DNA of 64,000 bases from Spirochaetia bacterium (GTDB lineage Bacteria > Spirochaetota > Spirochaetia > SZUA-6 > Bin103): assembly GCA_965203515.1 (NCBI GenBank), contig OZ241907.1, positions 1,856,001-1,920,000 on the forward strand, read 5' to 3'. Positions 47,615 through 55,377 of this stretch are shown piece after piece. Every line of letters starts with the position of its first letter. Position 1 is the first letter of the stretch. The notes under the pieces were generated by a model that ran no database searches, was not told the DNA's origin, and saw nothing but the letters and a program-made list of their open reading frames with translations. The position numbers were made by a program, and so were the translations under genes.

Positions 47615-49504
47615 TTGAACAGGACAAGGTCGCTTTGGATCGTGCTGATCGCTGCGCTGACGGCGGCGCCGCTGGTCGGCCAGTATCAGCAGTCTCCGTA
47701 CCTGGACGGCATGGACCTGCCGCCGGTGGAGGATCGCATCCCGGTCGATCCGCTCGTCATAGCTCCCGGCACGTACGGGATGACCGAGATCGGCGAATAC
47801 GGCGGCATCTTTTCGGGGCAGGCCAGCGATGCCCCGAACACCCAGGGCATGACCAACGTGGCCATCCCGTTCTGGGGTGAGGCGAAGATGGAGCGGCCGG
47901 AGGTGCTGCCGCTCGGCTTCAAGAGCATCGAGGCTTCCAACGGCAACCGCGTCTTCACGGTCAAGCTGCGCACCGGCCTGCGCTGGTCCGACGGCGAGCC
48001 GTATACGACCGAGGATTACCTGTTCTGGTGGGAGGACTACGCCAACAATCCCGAGCTCAACCCGGCCATCCCCGGCTGGCTGGTGCAGGGTGACGCGTTG
48101 GCGGAGATCACCGCCATCGACGACGTGACGCTCCGCATCGAGTTCCCCAATCCCTATCCGGCGTTCGACATCGCCTTCGGCGCCCGCCAGGAACGGCAGG
48201 CGATGGGGATGGCCAAGCACTACCTGAGCCAGTTCCACAAGGACTACGTGGATGCCGACCAGCTCGCCGCCAGCGTCGCGGCCGGCGGCTTCGAGGACTG
48301 GATTCAGCTCTTCCAGGCCCGGCGTGACGTGTACGTGCAGTCCAACCCCGATGCGCCGTCGATGGTGCCGTGGGTGCCGTCGACCGGCATCGAGGCGACG
48401 CCGGTCATCTGGACCCGCAACCCGTACTACTGGGCGGTCGATTCCGCCGGAAACCAGCTCCCGTACATGGACGAGCAGCACACGCAGATCGTCCCGGACG
48501 CCTCGGCCCGCGACCTTCGGGTCCTTGCCGGCGAAGTGACCGTGGCGAGCGTTCCGTTGCCGAAGGTGGAGATACACAAGCAGGCCGCCGATGCCGGCGA
48601 CCTGCAGTTGATCTCGTTCCCGTTCCGCGGCGACCTGTCGGAGCGCACGCTGAGCTTCAACTGGTTCGCGCAGGATCCGTTCAAGGCGGAGATGTTCCGC
48701 GACAAGCGCTTCCGGCTGGCGATCAGCTACTGGGCGCCCCGGCAGTTGATCAGCGACCTGGAATTCGAGGGCTTGGCGCCGTTGCGCCAGATCGGCGTCA
48801 GCGACCCGGAGAGCCCGTGGTACGTCGAGGAGCTGGCCACCCTGGCGGTCGATCGTGATCTCGACATGGCCAACGCGCTGCTCGACGAGATGGGCTTGAC
48901 CGACCGGGATGCCGACGGTTTCCGGCTCGGTCCGGACGGCAGGCCGATCACGCTGACGATCTTCTCGATCGCCACCTGGTTCGACGATACCTGGGCGTTG
49001 CTGGTCGAAGAGCTCCCCAAGATCGGCTTCAAGGGCAACTTCCGCGGCGTCGGCTGGGGCGGGCAGACCGAGGTTCTCAACAACATGGAGTGGGAAATCA
49101 TCGGCTGGCAGAGCCTGACCGGCTACGCCAACCGCGACTGGCCGTCGAACTTCGGCGGAGGGTCGGCCAGCCTGCATCCGTCCAGCACGTGGTCTCGACC
49201 GTGGTACCTGTGGTTGACCACCGGGGGCGCGCAAGGTGAGCAGCCGCCGGCGTTCGCGCAGGAGATGTGGGATCTGGCTCAGGCCGCCAAGTCGGCCGAA
49301 AGCGATGCGGAGCTGGACGAAACGATCATCGCGCTGCAGAAGCTGCAGGCGGAGTATCTGATCGGTACCGATCTGGTGCAGTTCGCGCCGCGCTTCCGCG
49401 CCTATGCCGCCGACATCGGCAACGTGCAGGCGTGGTTCATCCAGATGCCGACCATCTACTACCACAAGGACGCGGCGGAGCGCGCCAAGACGCTGGGCGG
49501 CTGA
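47615..49504 (+). CDS. ABC transporter substrate-binding protein, family 5
   Basis: AAGGAGG + TTG start, signal peptide, LPPVEDRIP, GLRWSDG, RNPYYWAVD.AGNQLPY. Confidence 0.92.
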   Translation: MNRTRSLWIVLIAALTAAPLVGQYQQSPYLDGMDLPPVEDRIPVDPLVIAPGTYGMTEIGEYGGIFSGQASDAPNTQGMTNVAIPFWGEAKMERPEVLPLGFKSIEASNGNRVFTVKLRTGLRWSDGEPYTTEDYLFWWEDYANNPELNPAIPGWLVQGDALAEITAIDDVTLRIEFPNPYPAFDIAFGARQERQAMGMAKHYLSQFHKDYVDADQLAASVAAGGFEDWIQLFQARRDVYVQSNPDAPSMVPWVPSTGIEATPVIWTRNPYYWAVDSAGNQLPYMDEQHTQIVPDASARDLRVLAGEVTVASVPLPKVEIHKQAADAGDLQLISFPFRGDLSERTLSFNWFAQDPFKAEMFRDKRFRLAISYWAPRQLISDLEFEGLAPLRQIGVSDPESPWYVEELATLAVDRDLDMANALLDEMGLTDRDADGFRLGPDGRPITLTIFSIATWFDDTWALLVEELPKIGFKGNFRGVGWGGQTEVLNNMEWEIIGWQSLTGYANRDWPSNFGGGSASLHPSSTWSRPWYLWLTTGGAQGEQPPAFAQEMWDLAQAAKSAESDAELDETIIALQKLQAEYLIGTDLVQFAPRFRAYAADIGNVQAWFIQMPTIYYHKDAAERAKTLGG

Positions 49505-49532
49505 CCGCTCAGCGTTCGCCGTCCGTCTATCG

Positions 49533-49566
49533 ACGCCCCGGGGCCTGTTCGGCTCCGGGGCGTTTT
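49533..49566 (+). terminator. Rho-independent terminator
   Basis: ACGCCCCGGGGCC-tgttc-GGCTCCGGGGCGT (one G-U) ending in a short T run. Confidence 0.75.
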
Positions 49567-49611
49567 CGCGGCCCACTGACCGGCGCTCCACCCACCTCGA
49601 CGGAAGCTCGC

Positions 49612-50769
49612 TCATCGCAGTACTTCCCCGTTCCAGAGCCGTTTCAGAAACTCCGGCGCCGGCAGCACCCGGACGCTTCCCCACGACGCCGGCCGCTCCC
49701 CTTCGTAGACGCCGTAGCAGGTGACCCGGCCGGCGCCGAGCTCGTCGCGGAGCCGGTCGAGGCCGCGGTTGTAGCGCGCGTCCCACCGCGCCGACGCCTT
49801 CATCTCCACGGCGATGAAGCCGGCGCCGCCCTCGCACAGCAGGTCGACCTCCACCCCGTCGTGGGTCCGCCAGTAGTGGAGCGGATACCGCAGCCCGGCG
49901 TACGCGAGGTACGCGCGGATCTCACCCAGCAGCAACGTCTCCAGCAGAGCGCCGCGCTCCTCCGGGGACGGCGGATAGGCGATTCGGCCGGACAGGGCGC
50001 GCGCCACCCCGCAATCGAACAGGTAGAACTTGGGGTGCGCGACCTGTTTGGTCGCGCGCTTGAGCTTCCAGGCAGGCAGCCAGTTGCCGATCAGGGTGTC
50101 GATGAGGATCTCGAAGTAGTTCTGCACCGTGGACCGGCTCACCGCGGCATCGCGGGAGATGGAGGAGACGTTGGTCACCTGTCCGTTCTGCCGGGCCGCT
50201 ATTTCCAGGAAGCGGTTGAAGCTGCCGACGCTCCGCGTCAACGCCTCGGCGCGGATCTCTTCCTGCAGATAGGTCTCGGCATAGGCGCTCAGGTAGGCGG
50301 CCGGATCGTCGCCGGTGACCGCAAGCGGCAGGGCGCCGTGGCGGAGCGCATCGTCGAAGTCGACCCGAAACGATCGTTCCGCCGACACCAGCGGAAACAG
50401 ATGATGGACCACCGCCCGTCCGGCGAGCAGGTTGGCGCCGCCGCGGCGCAGCTTGCGGGCGCTCGATCCCGACAGGACGAACCGGAGCCGGCGCTTCTCG
50501 ATCAGGCGGTGGACCTCGTTGAGCAGCTCCGGGACACGCTGGACCTCATCGATCACCACCCAGTCGCCGGCGGACAGTCCCTCCACTTCCCGAAACAGCG
50601 TGGCGGGCTCGCGCGCCAGGCGCAGCGCCTCGGTCGTGTTGAGCAGATCGTAGAGCCGGGCGCCCGCGAAGTGGTGCGCGATCCAGGTCGACTTGCCGGT
50701 ACCGCGCGGGCCGAACAGAAAGCACGACGATCCGGGGCGCCGCAGCAGCCGTGCAAACACGCCTGTCAT
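49612..50769 (-). CDS. AAA_14 ATPase with DUF4143 domain
   Basis: Walker A GPRGTGKST, Walker B IDEVQ, LSGSS, LAGRA, PKFYLFDCG, YWRT...EVD...EMK. Confidence 0.92.
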   Translation of the reverse strand: MTGVFARLLRRPGSSCFLFGPRGTGKSTWIAHHFAGARLYDLLNTTEALRLAREPATLFREVEGLSAGDWVVIDEVQRVPELLNEVHRLIEKRRLRFVLSGSSARKLRRGGANLLAGRAVVHHLFPLVSAERSFRVDFDDALRHGALPLAVTGDDPAAYLSAYAETYLQEEIRAEALTRSVGSFNRFLEIAARQNGQVTNVSSISRDAAVSRSTVQNYFEILIDTLIGNWLPAWKLKRATKQVAHPKFYLFDCGVARALSGRIAYPPSPEERGALLETLLLGEIRAYLAYAGLRYPLHYWRTHDGVEVDLLCEGGAGFIAVEMKASARWDARYNRGLDRLRDELGAGRVTCYGVYEGERPASWGSVRVLPAPEFLKRLWNGEVLR

Positions 50770-50790
50770 TTTTCCGTCAAAAATGCCAGG
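50762..50790. promoter_or_regulatory. AT-rich inverted repeat over the AAA_14 start codon (operator-like)
   Basis: CCTGtCATTTTT-ccgtc-AAAAATGcCAGG, 11 of 12 positions symmetric. Confidence 0.5.
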
Positions 50791-50815
50791 AGTCAAGACA
50801 TTTCAATAGCAGTCA

Positions 50816-50953
50816 CCAGAACGCCTCGGTGAGATCGATCTGGTCTCCTATCGGGGTCTCGATCGACGCTGGCGGGACTGGCAGGCGGTGGTCGGTGGGT
50901 GCCGGCGGGTTGCCGTGCGCGTCCTCGACTCATTGGCGGAGGAAGCGGAGTGA
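50816..50953 (+). pseudogene. C-terminal remnant of a gene, possibly a nucleotidyltransferase-like toxin
   Basis: PERLGEIDLVSYRGLDRRWRDWQAVVGGCRRVA...*; no start, in-frame TAG at 50807; stop overlaps next GTG. Confidence 0.45.
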
Positions 50954-51222
50954 TCCATCGACACCTTGAGACGGCGGACACGGCGCCGCCGGAACGGCTA
51001 CCGCTGGCCGCTGTCGTCGATCTCCTGCAGCGCGGTGACCTGGATGACTGGCGGCCCATCGCCCGGGCGATCAAGCGCGACCCGCACGGGCAATTCGCAG
51101 ATCGGGTGCTGCGGCTGCTCGATGCCTACCCGACCTATGGGACCTCGGCGCTGTGGCGCGCCTGGATCGACCGCTGCCGCAGACCGACCGCGGCTACTCG
51201 GCCCGATCCCACGGCAACGTGA
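50950..51222 (+). CDS. Small hypothetical protein, antitoxin-like
   Basis: HRHL...LAAVVDLLQRGDLDDWR; GGAGG RBS; GTGA coupling. Confidence 0.55.
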   Translation: MIHRHLETADTAPPERLPLAAVVDLLQRGDLDDWRPIARAIKRDPHGQFADRVLRLLDAYPTYGTSALWRAWIDRCRRPTAATRPDPTAT

Positions 51223-52978
51223 AGGTCGGCTGCTCCGCGTAGCGGTCCTGCTCGAATACGATCCGCTCGCCGCAGCCGGCCTCCAGGCGCACCCGCACGT
51301 ACGGCCGATCGACGGCCGCCCGCGCCGAGCCCGTCGCCGCGGCGCCAAAGCGGTGCTCGCCGTAGGCGCCGGCCTGCACCACCACGGTGCGCGCCTCAAC
51401 CTGATCCAGATTGACCAGCGTGACCGCCACCTCCGTCGCGGACATCGAATCGACCAGCGCCGCCACGTTCGGCGGGATGCCGGGCCGCCGGCGCTCGGGA
51501 TCGAAGTAGCGCAACCGGCTGTAGAGCGGGAACCCGTAGTGCCCGGTCTCCAGGCCGCCCAGCATCTGCTGCGTGAGCGCCGTCACGACCGCCGGATTGG
51601 AGCCGTTGGGATCGTCTGACATGCGCGTATCGGGGCTATGGGTGTCGGCGCGCATGCGCTCGACGCGCCGCCGCACCTCCGCAAAGTCGCGCTGCAGCGA
51701 CTCGACCGGGAAGCCGGGATTGTCGCCGTCCAGGTAGCGCACCCAGTCGTCGCCGGCGATCAGCTTCTTGTCGGCGTCCCGCATCGACCAGAACCAGACC
51801 GGCATGGCGCCGTTGGTGTACGGCTCGGGCGCGTAGTTGTACCAGCCCGGCTCCCCTTCCTCCTCGCCGTAGTTCTGCGGGTACATGGTCTGCCCGTCGA
51901 TCACCTTGGCGTTGGCGTTCACGCCGTCGATCACGCCCCGCCACGTGTCCACGTAGCCCTGGTCGCCGGTCACCAGCAAGGCGTTGCCGAACCCGCGCGG
52001 CGCCCGCTCGATGAACAGGTGCCGGTGCAGTCGGCCGCCGGTGCCGGGGTTGAGGTAGTCGTCGATCGAGAAGCCCCAGCCGTAGGTGCCGCCCCACCAG
52101 CGGCCGTCGCAGGCGCCGCCCAGGGAGCCGTCCAGCCCCACGTTGGTGGGGATGATGCCGTCGTTGGCGGCGGTGCGCTCCCGCCAGGCGTCCACGTATT
52201 CGATGATCCAGTCCCGGTACTTGGATTCGCCGGCGATCATGTAGGCGTTGATCGCCAGGGTCGTGGTCTGCAGGTTGAGCGGATGGTCGCCGACCACGTC
52301 GTTGTACTCGGCGAAGTGGGCCAGCATCTGCTCGTAGCTGGTCTCCCGGTGCCCGGGCTTGAAGCGGCCCTCGATCTCGATGCGGTCGCCGGTCCAGTCG
52401 AGCGCCGTCGCCTTGCGCAGCAGCGGACCGCGGCTGCCGTTGAACATGCTGCGGATCACCCGATGGCGCGGGTCGTAGTTCTTGGCGATCGGGTCCTCGT
52501 CCATGTAGAAGCCGGCGTAGCGGCGCGTGCGGTCCCGGAAGAGCCGGTCGTACGGAGTGCAGAGGCCCTGCAGGTAGAAGGCGTTGAAGCCCTCGCCGTT
52601 GTGGCCCCAGTCGAACATGACCGGGAACTCCTTGAAGTACATGCCGTCGCGGGCGAACGGCACCTCGACCGTCTTGGCCTCGGTGTACTGCCGCAGGTGG
52701 CCTTCCCAGGCGCTCAGGTAGCGGTCCAGGATGCTTCGGTCGGCGCCGAGCGCGTAGAGCATGGTCCAGCTCGTGAAGTTCTCCGCGGCATCGTCGGCGC
52801 CGTCGTCACCTCCCCAGCGCGGTACGCAGAGCAGGTATCCCCGCTCGTCGAAGTACTTGGCGTAGAACGCCTCGATGGCGTGGGCGTGCGAGCGCAGCAG
52901 CTCGCGCTGCATGACCGCCCACGCGGGCGGCGCCATCGGCGTGTCGATAGTCAGAAGCGAACGGGTAGCGGTCGACAT
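51194..52978 (-). CDS. Conserved-looking hypothetical protein (594 aa)
   Basis: Strong codon bias; aromatic/acidic motifs RWGGDDGADDAAEN, DWGHNGE, WWGGTYGW, RLRYFDP. Confidence 0.8.
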   Translation of the reverse strand: MSTATRSLLTIDTPMAPPAWAVMQRELLRSHAHAIEAFYAKYFDERGYLLCVPRWGGDDGADDAAENFTSWTMLYALGADRSILDRYLSAWEGHLRQYTEAKTVEVPFARDGMYFKEFPVMFDWGHNGEGFNAFYLQGLCTPYDRLFRDRTRRYAGFYMDEDPIAKNYDPRHRVIRSMFNGSRGPLLRKATALDWTGDRIEIEGRFKPGHRETSYEQMLAHFAEYNDVVGDHPLNLQTTTLAINAYMIAGESKYRDWIIEYVDAWRERTAANDGIIPTNVGLDGSLGGACDGRWWGGTYGWGFSIDDYLNPGTGGRLHRHLFIERAPRGFGNALLVTGDQGYVDTWRGVIDGVNANAKVIDGQTMYPQNYGEEEGEPGWYNYAPEPYTNGAMPVWFWSMRDADKKLIAGDDWVRYLDGDNPGFPVESLQRDFAEVRRRVERMRADTHSPDTRMSDDPNGSNPAVVTALTQQMLGGLETGHYGFPLYSRLRYFDPERRRPGIPPNVAALVDSMSATEVAVTLVNLDQVEARTVVVQAGAYGEHRFGAAATGSARAAVDRPYVRVRLEAGCGERIVFEQDRYAEQPTFTLPWDRAE

Positions 52979-53014
52979 GGGCGGATGATACCGTATCTGC
53001 GCCGGCGGTCGAAG

Positions 53015-53054
53015 TTGACGGTCCGTGCGCCCTCCGCTACCGTCGGGCGCACGG
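53015..53054 (+). promoter_or_regulatory. Sigma70 promoter with a 10-bp inverted repeat flanking the -10 box
   Basis: TTGACG-N17-TACCGT; CCGTGCGCCC (53023-32) and GGGCGCACGG (53045-54). Confidence 0.6.
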
Positions 53055-53094
53055 CTGGGGGGCCGGGCCGCCCTCGCCGGGAGGCGGTATCCGG

Positions 53095-53313
53095 ATGCAG
53101 CGTATGACCTTGGAGCTGTCGGACAGCTTTGACGTGGTGTTGACGAACTTCGCGGCGCGCAACCGCGTCAGCAAGCCGGAAGCCGTACGCCGCGCGCTGG
53201 CCGTGCTCGCCCTGGCCGAGCGGGAGAAGACCAGAGGCCGGTCGCTGGGGATCGTGGAGGAAGACCGGGACACCCACGAGTTGCACGCGGTCGGGCGCAT
53301 CCTGGGACTGTAG
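53095..53313 (+). CDS. Ribbon-helix-helix (CopG-like) DNA-binding protein
   Basis: MQRMTLEL beta-strand, helix, SKPEAVRRALAVL; GGGAGG RBS. Confidence 0.78.
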   Translation: MQRMTLELSDSFDVVLTNFAARNRVSKPEAVRRALAVLALAEREKTRGRSLGIVEEDRDTHELHAVGRILGL

Positions 53314-53315
53314 AG

Positions 53316-53573
53316 GTGCCGGCGCGCGACGCGGACGTCGACATCGCCGAAGTGGTCCCGGACGACGTACGGGTCATCACCGAAGGCGACCGCCTGCGCT
53401 TCGCGAAGCAGTTGCTGCTGTTCGTGGGCGTCATGTGCGTGCTGATATTCGCCGCCTACGTCGTGTTTCCCGAAAACGGCGCGCTCGCCAACATATTCGA
53501 GCTGATCAGGATCGGCCTGCTGCCGCTGGTGACGCTGGTCATCTCGTTCTACTTCCCCAAGACCGATCGCTGA
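53316..53573 (+). CDS. Small two-TM membrane protein
   Basis: 85 aa, two hydrophobic helices, 2 nt after the RHH stop. Confidence 0.7.
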   Translation: MPARDADVDIAEVVPDDVRVITEGDRLRFAKQLLLFVGVMCVLIFAAYVVFPENGALANIFELIRIGLLPLVTLVISFYFPKTDR

Positions 53574-53672
53574 CGCGGCCGGTGTCGGCGCCGGGAGCCG
53601 GGAGCGGAGCGCCGGGCGGCCGTGCTACGGTGCGCCCGTGCCGGCTTCGGGCGGAGCCGGCGAGGGAGGAGC

Positions 53673-54494
53673 ATGCCGAGCGTGAGCGTCGACGAGGCGA
53701 TTCGACGGGTGGCCGTCGAGGGCTGGTGCGTCCTGGACTCCGTCATCCCGCCGGCCGAGGTGGCCGGCGTGCGCGAGGCGGTGCTGGCGGTCTCTCGCCG
53801 TGAGCCGGATGCGGACAAGCCGCGCATCGGCATCGGCGGCCTGATCGCCAAGACGCAGGCGTTCGCCCCCTACGTCGCCGAGGAACGGCTGCTCGGCGTG
53901 GCGCACGCCCGGCTGGGCCGGCCGGTGCGCATCTCCATGACGCACGGCATCGTCACCGCGCCCGGCTACGGCCGCGCCAACTGGCACGGCGACTGGCCGT
54001 TCAGCCTGCGGCAGGACCAGAAGGTCCTCCACCCGTACCCGGCCGACGCGCCGATGCACGTCACCACCCTCTGGGCGCTCACCGAGTTCAGCGCCGCCAC
54101 CGGCGGCACCGCCATCGTCCCGGGCAGCCACCGCTTCGCCAACAACCCGTCGGGCGATAACGGTTACGGCGAACACACGCCGGCCCCTTCGGAACTGCAA
54201 CCGCGCATGGACCCCGGCGACGTGCTGATGATCGACAGCCGCGTCTGGCACACCAACGGCGACAACGTCAGCGACCGCACCCGCGTCGGCATGGCGGTCC
54301 GCTACGCGCCGTGGTGGTTCAACGTCCACGTGCTGACAGCCGGCCTGAGCCAGTACGAGCGGACCATGGCCGAGCGCGGCGTGCGCGGCGACGACGTGAT
54401 GCCGATCACGCCCGATCAGTACGCGGCGCTGCCGGCCGCCGTGCAGCCGCTGCTGCGCCACGTCGTCATCGGCCAGAAGGTCCGCGCGGCATGA
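53673..54494 (+). CDS. PhyH-family Fe(II)/2OG dioxygenase
   Basis: WHGDW (HxD), GGTAIVPGSH, DSRVWH...N.S...R; GGAGGAG RBS. Confidence 0.9.
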   Translation: MPSVSVDEAIRRVAVEGWCVLDSVIPPAEVAGVREAVLAVSRREPDADKPRIGIGGLIAKTQAFAPYVAEERLLGVAHARLGRPVRISMTHGIVTAPGYGRANWHGDWPFSLRQDQKVLHPYPADAPMHVTTLWALTEFSAATGGTAIVPGSHRFANNPSGDNGYGEHTPAPSELQPRMDPGDVLMIDSRVWHTNGDNVSDRTRVGMAVRYAPWWFNVHVLTAGLSQYERTMAERGVRGDDVMPITPDQYAALPAAVQPLLRHVVIGQKVRAA

Positions 54495-54525
54495 GCGACG
54501 GTCCTCACGGCGACGGTCCGCTGGC

Positions 54526-55377
54526 GTGAGCGCTTTCCGGGCCGCTCCCGCCGTCGGCGCCGAGGAGGCGCTCCGCCGCGTGCGGACCGAGGGCTGGTGC
54601 GTGATCGACGGCGTCATCCCGCCGGACGATCTGCCCGCCGTCCGCGCCGGCGTCACGGACGCCCTGGACGGCGGCGCCGAGCTGCGCGGCGTGATCGCCC
54701 GCGACCGGTCGTTCGCCCCGTACCTGGTCGACGAACGGCTCGTCGCGATCGCCCGGGGCGTCTTCGGCCCCGACTTCCGCATCGCCCGGACCGACGCCGG
54801 CGCGGCCGGCCGCGGCTACGCCGGCACCGGCTGGCGCGCCGACTGGCCGTTCGCCGGCGGCGACGGCTACCGCGTGGCCGTTCCGTACGGCGACCTGACC
54901 ATGGCGGTGACCACCATCTGGACGCTCTCCGACGACCCGGCGGCGCCCGGCGCCACCCTGATCGTCTCCGGCAGCCACCGCACGCACGACAATCCGGCGG
55001 TCGCGCCCGGCTACGACCCCGCCGCGGCGGTCGCCTCGCAGATGCTGCCGGCCGTCCCCGCCGGCAGCGTGCTGGCGTTCGACAGCCGCCTGTGGCACCG
55101 CCACGCCCCCGGCGCCGGCGTCGGCGCCGGCGAGGAGCCGCGCCTCTGGCTCGACGTCCAGTACGTGCCGTGGTGGCTCGACGTCACCAGCATGATTCCG
55201 GGGCTGGCGGACTATGAGACGCGCGCCGAGGGCCTGGGCTACCGGCCCGTCGATCTCCGGCCGCTCGACGACGCGGCGTTCGCGGCGCTGCCCGACGCGG
55301 TGAAGCCGCTGTTCGACCACCTGCGTCTCGACCAGGAGGTGATCGCGTGGCATCCGCACGCCCCAACCTCGTCCTGA
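54526..55377 (+). CDS. PhyH-family paralog lacking the first iron ligand
   Basis: WRADW in place of WHGDW; GATLIVSGSH, DSRLWH. Confidence 0.8.
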   Translation: MSAFRAAPAVGAEEALRRVRTEGWCVIDGVIPPDDLPAVRAGVTDALDGGAELRGVIARDRSFAPYLVDERLVAIARGVFGPDFRIARTDAGAAGRGYAGTGWRADWPFAGGDGYRVAVPYGDLTMAVTTIWTLSDDPAAPGATLIVSGSHRTHDNPAVAPGYDPAAAVASQMLPAVPAGSVLAFDSRLWHRHAPGAGVGAGEEPRLWLDVQYVPWWLDVTSMIPGLADYETRAEGLGYRPVDLRPLDDAAFAALPDAVKPLFDHLRLDQEVIAWHPHAPTSS

